DNA of 63,804 nt, the filler included, from Hyphochytrium catenoides (lineage: Eukaryota; Protista; Hyphochytriomycota), in NCBI GenBank assembly GCA_900088475.1. It is 9 parts of 9 records of this genome, joined end to end, with 100 filler letters (N's around TTAATTAATTAA, not from the genome) between each part and the next. Parts side by side here need not be neighbours in the genome. Positions count along the whole stretch, not along the records: positions 1 to 21,477 come from FLMG01000025.1; 8 more parts are not named here. One strand, written 5' to 3'. Under the pieces are notes generated by a model. It did no database searches and was not told the origin of the DNA. It worked only from the letters and a program-made list of their open reading frames with translations. Position numbers and translations under genes: made by a program. Shown in pieces: positions 1-11,893 of this stretch. Every line of letters begins with the position of its first letter. Positions within the stretch are counted from its first letter, which is position 1.

Positions 1-2859
1 TGGGAAACATTTGAAGGTAAACAGGATGATTCGGCTCCGCAAGCACGTAGTCTGTCCCTCCATCCCACTTCTTCTCTCTTTGATCGCTCGCTCTTTTCTT
101 AGCTTTTAGCTATTTTTTCCTTGGAAGCCCTCTCATCCCGGTGCTTCTCTGGTTGGGGCGTATCTTCTGCCTCCTTAGAGTCTTAAGCCAACCACTAAAT
201 TTTTTCTAACTTTGTCCTCTGCGTATGTCTTCTCTTGCATCTTCCTCTCTCTATCTTGTCCTTTCTTCCTTCTGGATTAGTAGAGCTTCAATGGCACCTC
301 CACACGTTCTCCGTTGCCCCTAGTGACTTTTCTGTCTCCTATGGACCTTGTTCTCTTTGACCATCAACGGCGGTTCCTCCTAATCTGCTTACTAACTCTC
401 TGTCTTGCGCTCTTGGTCTCTACTCCTTCACGACAACGTAAAACAGGAGGATGCGTATCGCTCTCTCTCCTCTCTCCATCGCGTAAGCACCATTCCGGGC
501 TCCGCTCTATTGAGTAAAAAGGATAGACTAGCCCGTTTGATTCAAAGCAAAGCTAAAGAGTTTCCTGGTCAATTTGACTTTCATCCAGAGACTTATGTGC
601 TGCCAGGAGAGAAAGAAAGGTAATGGCAGGGCCCCTGGGCTGCTGCTTCTCTTGCAGTTAGCATCTGAATCTTCCGCCTTGAACCAAGCAACTATAACGC
701 TGCCTCCTTCATCTCTGTCTCACCTCAGCTTCTTACCTACCTTAACCCTCGTTTTCCTCTTTTGGCAACTCTGAAAGGTTTGAGAGAGAGTGGAGCAATG
801 ATAGAAAGAGTGTATGGATTGCCAAGCCCAGTAATAACGCATGTGGGAGAGGAATTCGTCTCATTCATCCCCGCGGAGTGAGCAAGCTGCCTACCAAGTC
901 GAGCTGGGTCGTTCAGCGATACATTAGCAACCCACTATTGGTCAGAGGCAAGAAGTTTGACATTCGGTAACACTTTGCTGCTTGGCCTACTTGGGCCCGC
1001 GACCATGCTCTTTCTCTTATCCCTTGTTCGTCCCTTGTTTGGACATCCACACTCTGTCGGGGGAGCCTGAGTATCGTCTTTGGTGTTCCTGGCTCTTTGA
1101 CTTCCTCAACGTACTTGCTTCCTGGAGGCTGTAGTTCCTTTGCCTGTACTCTATCGTCCTATTAAGCTCCTTACGGCGCTTGTTCTAGATTGTACGTTCT
1201 CGTCACTTCCATGGACCCCCTCCGGCTATATTTATATCAAGAAGGTTTGGTGCGATGGTGTACGGAAGATTTTTCTCTAGAGGAAAGCGCTTTGAAGGAC
1301 AAGTATAGGCACTTGACCAACTTTGCCATCAATAAGACCAATCCCAACTTTAGCGCAGAAAAGGATAGTTTAGACAGCGGAAAGTGCAGCTTCCAGGTGT
1401 TGTTGGAGCATCTGAAGAGTGAGGGCCGTGATACGGGTAAGGGTTAGCAAAAAGAGAAAAGAGGCTACAGAGGGACGGGAGAGGGCGAGGCAAAAGGAGT
1501 ATGAGAGGTAGCGCTGGGTCCTTCTTGTCGCTATCCTTTTTTGGCAAATCATCTCTCTCGTCAGGCCCTTGCCTCTTAGCTATTCCGCTTCTGAGTCTTG
1601 ATGGTTACCTCTTGGGAATGTCTCCCTCGACCCCTCGATTCTCTCTCCTTATCCTGGTCTAAACCCGAATTCCTTCGACGCTTGTTCCCTCTTCCCTTAA
1701 AACCCCAGATCTCGCAGTGCGGAATATTAGGGACTTGATAGTAAAGACCTTGATAGCAGGAGAGGGAGACATTCTACCCTCTTTCAAGTCGGTGATGAGA
1801 CATCCTAACACCTGCTTTGAGCTTTTCGGTTTTGATGTGATGTTAGACGAGAACCTGAAGGTAAGGGAAGGAGGGCCGAACTCTGCTAGCGAGGGAGAAC
1901 TAGAACACGGTTTCCGAAGGGACATAGACAGAACCAAGCGGACAGGGGTGTCGTGAGCATGGGAGAAAGAGGAAACAGCCGTTCATAGAAAGGAGCCGGA
2001 TAAGGGAGACCGGAGGAATATATGAGCTTTAAAGGGACACTATAAGTGATGAATGCTCCTGGACTCACCCTCGCGCTGTTGTTTTTCTATCTCTTTATCG
2101 TGCTTGTACCGATTTCAGAGCTGGCTAATCGAGGTGAATATCTATCCCTCGTTGATGTCCGGTGCTGATATTGACAAGAAGGTAAAGGGAGCACTGCTTG
2201 CGGACATGCTGCAGCTAGTTGGCATACCTGCAGTATCTTCGAAGGACTGCGAACGAGAATTTTCCGAGAGGATGCAGCAAAGAAGACAAGGCGCAAACGG
2301 TGCTACTAGAAGAGAAGATGAAGACGGAGAAGAATTGCGCTCTTTTGACCACGCAGGACGTTCACGGCTAGCGCCCGTAGAAAGACACTGGATCGAAGAT
2401 CTTATCGAAGAAGAGAGAAGGATGAAATCCGGGGCCTTTCAGCGGCTATTCCCTCAAGCATCCTCTCTTCCCAACTACTTGCCCCTCTTTAGCCGGGTCC
2501 GGGCGAGTGACAGACTTATGCAGCTATGGCTGGACAGTCCTGCGGTCGAGCGAAACACAGAATTCCTTATTTCTCATCCTCCTTCCCGTGCATCTTCTGT
2601 CCCTAGTCAAAGGATGAGAGAAAGAGGGGATGATGACTCTTCACTCGGCGATTTATCTGACAGTTCGACCGGACAGGCCAGTAACAATGGGAACAGAACA
2701 ACCGGCCGTAAGGCAAGCCAAGGCCAGAAGGCAGGAAGTCAGAAGGCAAAGGTTCTTCGGACCCATAATGGCCATGTCAGATCTCTGAGACGGAAGGTTC
2801 TTCTCTCCCGTTCTCTTTCCGACACACTTCTCTCTCCCTCGGAGTTGCCTGTAGAGTAG
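1..2859 (+). CDS. Tubulin-tyrosine ligase-like protein (TTLL4/TTLL5-type polyglutamylase), 5' end outside window
   Basis: Phase-compatible GT-AG exons <1-16, 447-619, 778-966, 1189-1436, 1709-1860, 2119-2859. Product has TTL motifs: GKHLK..[86 protein letters not shown]. Confidence 0.93.
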
Positions 2860-3201
2860 TAGCACCGTATGCCTGCTTTGGCCTTAGCCTTCGCTTATGC
2901 CTTAGGAACTCTTTTAACTTATTACACACGGTACAGCATCGCTGTGACAAAACTTTTATTTATTAGACAGACATCGTAAGTTAACGAGCACACGAACGAA
3001 GGGGGCAAATGTGTGACTCTTTATAGATAGGCAAGAGAAAGAGCAGATCGCCACGAAGAGAGGGAGAGGAGGAAAGACAGCAAGGGCGACCCAGTAAACG
3101 AAGCCAGCAACAAGAAGCTTAAACCTTGTGACATCGAAGCGAGAGATAAAAAAGATAGCTCGGGACGTAGAGAAGAAGGGGCAGGTTCCTAGAACTGGCG
3201 C

Positions 3202-5421
3202 TCACTCTCTCTCTTCTAGAAAGTCACTAGCAAGCGGCCCCATGCTCACAAAGGAGAAATTGAAGATTTCTGGATGGCCTTCGTGCGGCACTGTCCGCGC
3301 TATCCGGTCATGCTCAGACCAACGGAAGACTGGCTGCTGGGTGGTTGGGCCATTCACAGCTTCCATTTCCATTCTCAAGGCCCTTTGTAGACTGGTCACT
3401 TTCGCGTCAACACCTCCAAACAGAGACCGTCCAGGGCTTTCAAGATCAAAGCGGGACGCAATGGCGTTTCCTGGATGGCCATTGGAGAGAGGATCCTCCT
3501 CCCACTGATTATACCTGATGATGTGTTTCATGTCTTCATAGCTGGACACGGTGGGTGCGTCTCTCTTGAATATCTTGGCGCGAGGAGCCCGATCATAGCT
3601 CCAGGCATCAGAGTAGTTACTCCTCGCGTACATGTCGAGGAAGCCTGACTTTTTGTAGATCTCTTCGAAGTAAGGAAGATTATACGATGCCCAGTAGCCC
3701 TTATTGTTGATGTGCTCCGACATATCTTCATAGATTACTCGCCCGGGCATCTGCTCGAGCACAGTGAAGCCGCCTTTAGCAAAGCCCTTGCCTGGTATAA
3801 ATCTATGCGTATCGACTATCATCCACTGATTATTGTACGTTCCAGAGTTGCTTCGGCCAAAGTTTTCGGCCCATTCCGTGCCAGAGACAGAGAGAAATGA
3901 AGCCACGTTTGCCCTCATCCACGAAGGAAGAGTAGATGGAGATATAAGACTATACAAAGACTCGTTATAGACGCCATTGGTTGTCTCTGTCACCGCCAGT
4001 CCGCTGTCTGTCAAGTAGAAGTCATCGACGGAGGCCAAGTATCCTGGGCTAGAGGAGAAGCTCACTTTTCTCCTGTCAGATTCTGTCTTGCCCTCCAGGT
4101 TCGCGCCGCCGGATACTGGCATATCATAACTCTTAAGGATTCTTACCATCGCACTGAACTGATCCCAAGTTGTATGGCCCCAGACTACGTCCTGGAAGTC
4201 TGGTGTGATCCTCACAAGAGCAGAGCATCGGAACCCCTTGATATACTCATGATAGGGTACCTTTGACGCGTCTACCGTCGTCCTGATCGCCCGTAGCTGA
4301 AAAGCGGCAAGAGATTCTTCCATCGTTCTCTTCTTCTCAGCTAACGCCGGAATAAGATCTTCTAGATCACCGTCAAGGTTCAGGATATACAGATCAAGGG
4401 ACGAGAGAGATGCCTCTGGCGGTGCCATGGCCTGATAACCGGCTACAAGGCCATCAAACTGGGCTAAAGTCAGGCCCACAGTCCTCCAGTACCGCGCTTC
4501 CACATCTTTGGAAGAAGCTCCAGACATGTCTTCGCTCCCATACATTCTTACTTGATCCTGGATGTACTTGAGATTCGCCCTTGCAAAAGCTTCAACCTCC
4601 TTGGAAGCTTTGCCCGTAGGAAAGAAGGAGAAATAGGTGTTGAAGAAGTGTTGATGTATGCGGTGATGCGTCAACGCGCCTTCCAAATAGCCCGCAGCAT
4701 ACGCGGATGTTAGGCTCCGCTCTAGATAAGACTGAGAAGCTTCGTTTCCGTTGGCTGTGCCTTTAAGCCAAAGCTTTGACCAGCCAACCTTATGCAAACT
4801 ATCATCAAACACTCCGTAGGCTGCCGCTTGTTCGTCCTTAACGCCGTACACTACGCGAGGAAGAGGCCTTTCGTCGGTCTTCGGAGAGGAAGAACCGATT
4901 GAAGAGATCGAAGAAACAATATTGCGGGAAGAAACGTCATACTTGCCGTTTTCGATGTAAAGAGAAGCGACAACGCGCTTCTTTAGCCCGCTTTCTGCCT
5001 CCTCTCCCTTGTACTTTGTCCATATCCCACGTTGGAGCCTTTCCGCTACATGCTTGGTGTCCTTTTGACTCGAACGGAGGGAAGTGGCCGATGAGACAGA
5101 GGAAATGGTGCTTTGTAAACGGTCGGACCGTGGATGTGAGATTGAAAGAGGGTCGAGCCCTGCAGGAGTCTGAAGCAAGCTCTGATGACCAGAGCTTCCA
5201 TCATACTTCCCTGAGCCAAGGACAATGGCAGTGGCTCCACAAAGCCCGACAAGAGCACAAAGAACGATCGTTGCCCGGCTTCGAAGGCTGTTGCCCTCGA
5301 AGGCTTCGCGGATTCCTAGGAGTGGAGAGAGATGAGGAGCTTTCTGATCCTCAGCAGTCAATCTCTCGCTTGGAAAGGTACCATATTGGCGTGAACCCTC
5401 GAGGAGATCTCCAGTCTCCAT
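3202..5421 (-). CDS. Phospholipase B-like protein (PLBD family, Ntn hydrolase) with N-terminal membrane anchor
   Basis: Intronless 739-aa ORF with AAGYLEG, nucleophile context RCSALVR, GHTTW, FSSSPGYLASVDDFY, ETTN, NSGTYNNQW, YWASYNLPYF, PRAKIFKRD, AIASRFDL and GGVDAK. Hydrophobic segment at about aa 52-69. Confidence 0.93.
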   Translation of the reverse strand: METGDLLEGSRQYGTFPSERLTAEDQKAPHLSPLLGIREAFEGNSLRSRATIVLCALVGLCGATAIVLGSGKYDGSSGHQSLLQTPAGLDPLSISHPRSDRLQSTISSVSSATSLRSSQKDTKHVAERLQRGIWTKYKGEEAESGLKKRVVASLYIENGKYDVSSRNIVSSISSIGSSSPKTDERPLPRVVYGVKDEQAAAYGVFDDSLHKVGWSKLWLKGTANGNEASQSYLERSLTSAYAAGYLEGALTHHRIHQHFFNTYFSFFPTGKASKEVEAFARANLKYIQDQVRMYGSEDMSGASSKDVEARYWRTVGLTLAQFDGLVAGYQAMAPPEASLSSLDLYILNLDGDLEDLIPALAEKKRTMEESLAAFQLRAIRTTVDASKVPYHEYIKGFRCSALVRITPDFQDVVWGHTTWDQFSAMVRILKSYDMPVSGGANLEGKTESDRRKVSFSSSPGYLASVDDFYLTDSGLAVTETTNGVYNESLYSLISPSTLPSWMRANVASFLSVSGTEWAENFGRSNSGTYNNQWMIVDTHRFIPGKGFAKGGFTVLEQMPGRVIYEDMSEHINNKGYWASYNLPYFEEIYKKSGFLDMYARSNYSDAWSYDRAPRAKIFKRDAPTVSSYEDMKHIIRYNQWEEDPLSNGHPGNAIASRFDLESPGRSLFGGVDAKVTSLQRALRMEMEAVNGPTTQQPVFRWSEHDRIARTVPHEGHPEIFNFSFVSMGPLASDFLEERE

Positions 5422-5813
5422 CGCTATCGAGCACTATCTCTCTTCTCTCTGGCTCTCGTCTCCCTTCCCCTGGCGGCTACTTCCAGGCTCTAACCCTCTA
5501 AGGGCTCGATGGCGTGATCGCTTCTAGCCGCAGAGACTATTGGAAAGTGATCAGAGATTTAGCGTGTCCGCAAGAGTCTGCATCAGGGGATGCTGTCTCG
5601 AGTTCGCGAGCGCTGCTTCTGACACAAGGAACGTACTCGCAGAGAAAAGGGAAGGAAAGGCAGAAGGAGAATGATGTTCGATGGCTTTCTCGGCTGTTAT
5701 AAGGAGAGCCACTTGCAGGCAATTCTTGAAGAAGAGCCACCTCAAGAACTGGTCAAACTAAGATGTAGGGGGAAAGGAAGACACAGATAGGAAGACAGAG
5801 AGAAGAGAGAGTG

Positions 5814-5819
<6 letters not shown>

Positions 5820-5863
<44 letters not shown>
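5820..5863. repeat. (AG)n microsatellite
   Basis: About 21 perfect AG units read directly. Confidence 0.95.
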
Positions 5864-5868
<5 letters not shown>

Positions 5869-6551
5869 GAGGTTGCTTCTCTGTTGAATAAGAAGTTGAA
5901 GAGCAAGAAAGTCGGACGCCGAACTTTACTCGTTTTAGGTCAAACCTGCCGTCCATACATTATACATAAAAGCTGGGGGGATGTACTATTTTCGCCGAAA
6001 CTAAAGAGAGGTGACGAGCGAGATACACCTTCTCTGCAGTTAAAGATACGGGCGTTGCGAGACAGAGCCTTGTGTTTGAATAGCCAAAGTAGAAGGGAGA
6101 AAGGACCTTTTCAAAACTGAGGAGGCGCGAACCCTACCTAAAGTGTACTGGTTGTGGAGGGGGAGCCCTCCATTGTTGCAAACTTTGAGTTGATTGTTGC
6201 AGACACATCGGACAAGGTTATGGTTTTAGCTAGGAGTCATCAAACATGCTATTGTTTCCGAAACATTCTACCTTGAGCAAGTTGCAAAAGGGTGGACATG
6301 GAGTGTCCGCTAGAAGTTCACTTGTAGTAGTAGACGCTCTTGCCACTCGCGCTATACCTTGTAATGTTTGCGCTTAGCCTTCTGTCTCCAGCCGTAGTAA
6401 TACACCCGTAAAGGAAAGGAACCTCTTTGACAACCTACAAGGGGGAAACAACGAAACAACAGAGGCAGCTGCCTCTTTACTTGTACTCGTACGAGCCTTG
6501 TATGTAGGAGATATATATGTAGTTCTATAAGGAATTCAGTATAAAAAGTAT

Positions 6552-6624
6552 TTCCCAGTCCGGGACTCGAACCCGGGTCTCACGGGTGAGAGCCGTGTAT
6601 CCTAACCACCTAGACTAACTGGGA
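6552..6624 (-). tRNA. tRNA-Glu (anticodon CTC), copy 1
   Basis: Reverse complement TCCCAGTTAGTCTAGGTGGTTAGGATACACGGCTCTCACCCGTGAGACCCGGGTTCGAGTCCCGGACTGGGA. Acceptor stem TCCCAGT/ACTGGGA, anticodon arm CACGG-CT-CTC-AC-CCGTG, T-loop GTTCGAGTC, downstream T5 Pol III terminator. Confidence 0.97.
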
Positions 6625-7890
6625 TATCACTTGAAATGAGGCTGCACTGCACTAGTACCGTAGTATTGGAGAGCTGCTGCATTGGAAGTAGCCGCTGTTT
6701 TTCGCCCTCTCACTCACTGCCCAAGCGCTTCTACGATGCAAAAAAAGGACTACAACGACGATGATGATGATGATGGTCTCCCTCCTCCAACCTCCAACTC
6801 CATAACAGTTCACATAGTTACTTCTATAGTAAGACAACTAACAAACAGCAGGAACGAAATTTTTTGCTGCTGCTGCTGCTTCATCATCATGAGATAAAGC
6901 TATTTGTCGACGACAAGAAGAGGATAAATCTAATTCTACCTGATGCTGGAGGGACCTTCTCTTCTATCTGATCTGGAGGTCGTCACCGCTACCTCGTTCT
7001 GCCGTCCTCCTTCTGTCAGATAATAAAAAATGATGAAGTAGTAGGCTCCTTCCTCCTCTACAATTATTCTTATTGATAGCCGAATTGAGGTATAACAATA
7101 TGAGGTAAATGTGTGTTTGTCTTCTGCAATTAGTGTGGAGAAACGAAGATGTCTGGAAAATATTCTACTCTTTCTGGGTCCTTTTGTTGCTTTTCTTCCT
7201 TCTCCCACTCTTCTATTGACCTCTACGAAAACCATAAGAAGAGCACTTGAAGAAGAGATCCAACTGCAAAATAATCATGCTGCTAGAAAAGAAGAAGACG
7301 TGGGACATGATGACAGCGAGTGGTGACAGGAGGGGCGCTGAAGAAGAAAAGAAGGAAGAATACCATCGCTCACAGGAACTAAGCAGCTGGTAGTCTAATC
7401 GCAAAGTAGTGTAAGTTCATGAAAGAGAGATGGAACGAAGGAAGCTATCAGGTTTCTTCAGTCATTAACCCAGCGGGCAGGTAAGAGAAGGATGCGAGCA
7501 AGCAGAAGCTCCTCGTGGCCAGTGATCATTAGTTGTAGGAGGGTGGTGCCCCAGGAGAGAAAGCAGCAGCAGCAACAGCAATAATTTCTCAAAGACGATG
7601 ATGAAGTAGTAGAAATTAGAAAACTATGACGACGAGCGATCCGTGAGAGTTTAAGAAGAAACAAGGGAGATAGAGCTAGCAGTAATTCTAGAGAAGGGAA
7701 CCAGTCAATTTTATCCGCCACGCCTTCGTCGCCCTCCTCAAGGAAAGCTAACAAGAAAGAGACAAAGAAGAGATGATGAGAGAAAGAGGCAGCATCTATC
7801 CGAAAGACATCCATAGTAGAAAGTAGGGAAGAAACATTACGGTCATCCCCAGACAGTCCCCAGAAGCAGCAGCTGGAGAACAAAAAGTCT

Positions 7891-7963
7891 TTCCCAGTCC
7901 GGGACTCGAACCCGGGTCTCACGGGTGAGAGCCGTGTATCCTAACCACCTAGACTAACTGGGA
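7891..7963 (-). tRNA. tRNA-Glu (anticodon CTC), copy 2
   Basis: Body identical to copy 1, with a downstream T5 terminator. Confidence 0.97.
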
Positions 7964-8271
7964 TATCACTTGGAAAAGCTTTTTACACGTTACTCCATAA
8001 ACTTTGAACAAAACCCTTGGCGCGCTTTTTAGTTGAAACCCGCGCGCAACAGGAAGGCACAGACCTTGAGAACTGAAGCATCAAGCGCATGCATTGGCCT
8101 GGCATGTCTCTCATTGCTTCTTCAAGCTCCTTCCATCGCAATGTTGATATCATCCGCAGTCCACCCTGTAGGGCTATAGACATCGCCGGGATAAAAATCT
8201 GTCCCTTCCTGCTGCTGGCTTCATTACCCTTGGCGGCCGACTCTACCAAGGCTGAGATACCTCAACTCAAG

Positions 8272-10975
8272 ATGGCCGTACCGGTATATAGTCCTCACGA
8301 TAGTGGCTCATGACTAGACTGAGGGATAACGTTGTTGTCTTCTCTTAGGCAGAGCGCCGGACCAGATCCTCAGGCAAGCGAAGAGCTGTCGAAGAGGTAG
8401 GATGGACAGGATTTATCTGATAAAATATAAACCTTAACCTGATGTTATGGGTAGGAGTCGCCACAGCCAACGAGCCGCAGAAGATCATCAGGTAGAGCCT
8501 TTGACGTTATATCAACCTTAAGGTAGATTCTTAAAGTTTTCTCAGCTGGAGCTACCTCCAGTGGATCTAGAGGCAGAGGGCGGAGACGGAAAAATGAGAG
8601 TGATAACGAGCAGGAGGAGGAAAGAGTACAAGAAGGCAATGCTACACAGGCGGACGATGAGTTACTAGGTCAGCCCTCACAGAGACGATTTGGTGAGGTG
8701 GGTTGGACCTGCTCCCAGGCACATGAAGACTTTAGCGCTGTCGTCGGCAATGAGCAAGACCCTGGCCTTAAGGCAGCAGAGAAGCATGTGGAGAAGTTGA
8801 CTGAGACGGTAAGGGCATAAAAAAAAATTGACAATGAAAGAGAGACCTCAACACCTCTCTCCTTACAGTTTACCACTTTCCAGTCTACTTCTGTACCTCT
8901 CATTCCTAGTGCCATTTGTTCCCGAAAAAGCAAAGAGAATCTCTCTTACGTGGCTCCCTTGTGGTCACTGGCCAACTATCCCTAGTACTCATCTGTCTAT
9001 CCCCCGACCTCTTCTAAACCCGCCTTCGTTTGTCATTGTTTGTTTGGACCAACAGCAAAAGAAGGCACTTCTCACTCGAACCATACGTTACGTTATACTC
9101 ACGGGTGGGTCTTTTCCCAATCCAGATGGTGTTGAACGTTCTTGGTTCAATCATGGGACTACCTAGCTACTCTTTTCCTCTTCTCTTTGGCTCATCTCTG
9201 CTCTCTATTACCCTTTGGTCGTAGATACTAAGTAGCTACACCTCCCTCTCGTCCCAATCCTTCACTGTGAGGTGATAGAGTTTGGTCTGACGTCTTTCCC
9301 GTCCCTCTCCGGACAAATTCAGCTTGGGTTGTCACTACTGGCTAGGTTTCCGTCCCTCTTTGCTTATCTCACTTTCCACTTGTCTTGCTTTTGGAAGGCT
9401 CCCAAGGTCTGCCACTTAAGGCGAACAAGCTCAGGGAAGACGTTTTCCAAGAGTATCCCAGTGTTTGGAGGTAGAGAGGGCCAATCCGTCTCCTTTTTCT
9501 TTCTCCAATTTATCAGGAATTTCTCCACCATCATCCGCAACTCCTATCTTTTATATATACTGCTACAGTTGTTCTCACACAGTGGCTCGCTTCTGGTTGC
9601 GTATAATTGCAGACACTTTCTTGCTGAAGCCAAGGAGTACCTTAGGGCCGTGTTTGGCTTTGAGCTAATCAGACTGAATGAGAAAGTCTTAGGAACGAAG
9701 GCAAAGTACGAAAACGATAGAGCATGTGCTGTCTTTGCTCACTCGGCCGATCTATGTAGCTTCCATTATCCAGAAGACTTTTGGCCCGTTGGATCTATAG
9801 AGTGTCCTTCTACGTCCTCTCGTCGCTTATTTGCTTCTTGTTTGGGCTTTTCGTAGGTCTTCTTCGAATGAGACTTGGCTCCTCCTGAACGCTACGGCTG
9901 ATGAGAAGTACCAGGTAGTGCTGGGAAATGACGAGGAAAAAGCAAGACGAGCATTTCTGATGGTGGTACTTGCTTTTATCTGGTGCTCACCAAGCCGGAG
10001 TGTGGAAGAAGGTTACATATGTCTAGCTCTCGTGTGCCTATTGTACATAAGTTCCATACTGTCTCTCTTGACTCTCTATCTCTCCTCTCGGCCAGGATGC
10101 CCCTTCGTGCCCAGCTTCAATATGAACACCTCTCTCTCTCTCCTTGTGGCTGAGGATGCCCTGGGGCTAACATCTTCTAAATTCTTCTCTGCAGAACGGT
10201 TATGGAACTTCCTGCACTCCTTCGACGATGAGATTGAAGTTCCTCAGACGGACGACAACACGAGGAAAACATATCACCCGGTCCTTGGAGATGTGTGGCA
10301 GCTCTTAAGGACGAGGCTGGTGAAAGAACTGTATGTGAATCCACCTGTCTAACTACGCTCGGTGGTCTAGTCGTGCTAAAGCAATGGTCGTCGCCATTCT
10401 CTTCCTTGTCTTTCTTCTTCAGTCAGTCACTTGAGCTCTCTGTTCTCTCTACAGCGGCAGTCGCTCCTGCCCTCTCCATGCAAAGTTTAAGATAGCTCAC
10501 TTATCTCTCCTCGCACTCAGATATTTGGTCCGTGAGCGCAGTGCTACACCTAACGAGGCAGGCAAGCACGATTTCAACATTACCTTTGGGCCACGGGCTC
10601 TGCTGGAGATTGGCCAGCGACAAATTCTAACCTTCATCGCAGAGGTAGGGCATAGGTTTCACCGGAATATTAAGCTTTGGTCACCCAGATGCTCCCTTCC
10701 GCGAGTGCTTTTTAGTCTTGTTGCTTGCCCTGCCTTTCGGTCCAGTCGCCGTATGGGCTGCTCATAGCCCTCTGACCTTTCAACACTGTGACCGCTATCT
10801 CTATGACTTGTCCTCGTTGTCTTTCAACGTTGCCTGTCTTTTTGACATCAGCTCTTTGATAAGTCTCTGCTACCTTCTGTCCGTCATCGTTCCCTACTTT
10901 AAGGCCCAAGGCATCACGTTGACGGAAGCAATGGTGCAAGATGTGGAAACGATGTACACGCAGTCCACGCAGTAG
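8272..10975 (+). CDS. NSE3: NSE3/MAGE-family protein (Smc5/6 non-SMC element 3)
   Basis: Phase-compatible GT-AG exons 8272-8277, 8349-8396, 8455-8491, 8546-8808, 9056-9104, 9398-9470, 9613-9705, 9857-10011, 10195-10330, 10521-10644, 10904-10975. MAGE motifs: IRYVIL, AKEYLRAVFGFELI, FLMVVLAFIW, EERLWNFL, HPVLGD, LVKELYL, FGPRALLEIGQRQILTFIA. The first three exons are less certain. Confidence 0.88.
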
Positions 10976-11893
10976 CCTAGCCTTGACTTTGGCAATCGAT
11001 TTACACAGGCCCAAGTGGCCTGTGGGCTTCTCAAATTTGTCTATCCTCGCTGGTATCTTTCACTATTCTCTCTCTTTTGACCCTTGACACTGGAGACTCA
11101 TATCTCATGCTCACTTTCTCAACAACGAATTAATATTATCAGTCAAATGTGTCTGTGTGCTCGCCTTTCTTGCTGATGCAACAGAAAGATGGAACCCAAG
11201 TTTGCCCCGTTCAAGCGCATAGCATTTTCTGCCAAAAGAACAATGGATGCTGAGGGTGATGAAGATATCTCGTCTTTGCAATGACTCTCGCAGTCAACTG
11301 CTGCCTTAGGTCCCAGCCGGCGTGTCTTCTGGCCTTTTCTCGTCGTTTCTCTATTCGATGTTCGCCTTCCTCCTCCCGCGCTGCTTCCCCCTTTCTCTGC
11401 TCTATCCCGTCCGGGTATTTCTCAGGGGTTACTGACGAGAGAATGGGGGTTATCCACCTGCCGTCCACATGGCTTACTGCATCGAGGAGGCTGATCCAAC
11501 AAACTGCAGTAGTAAGCCAAGAAACTTGGGCAGAGCTCTGGTAGGACAGCATCAGAGGCGCCGATGACCGTCGGAAAGAGCAGTAGACCATAATTAGCGG
11601 TGGCCGCCCTTGCTTCTATCTCTCTTCAGGCTTTCTATCTACGCTCTTGCGCCAGAGCGAATGTGCCATTCCATCTTGGCTTTCATTTCTATAACCGTGA
11701 AGGCTTTCATTCCGTCGTCCGACGCCAAGAGGAAAAGCCGTATTCCGTCCTTATGACTATTGAATAAGCCGCTTGAACGTTAGGTCTTGAGGGGCCTGCT
11801 GGAGGCACTATCAGCGGTAACGAAACTAGCAGAAATAAGAGCTTGGTTAGTCAAATACCTTCCAATTCCATATCTTTCCCATCCTGTCTGCCA

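Noticed and set aside
9700-9710. Possible GC-AG donor (AAG/GCAAAG) in NSE3
   Set aside because: A canonical GT at 9706 gives the correct phase with the acceptor at 9856.
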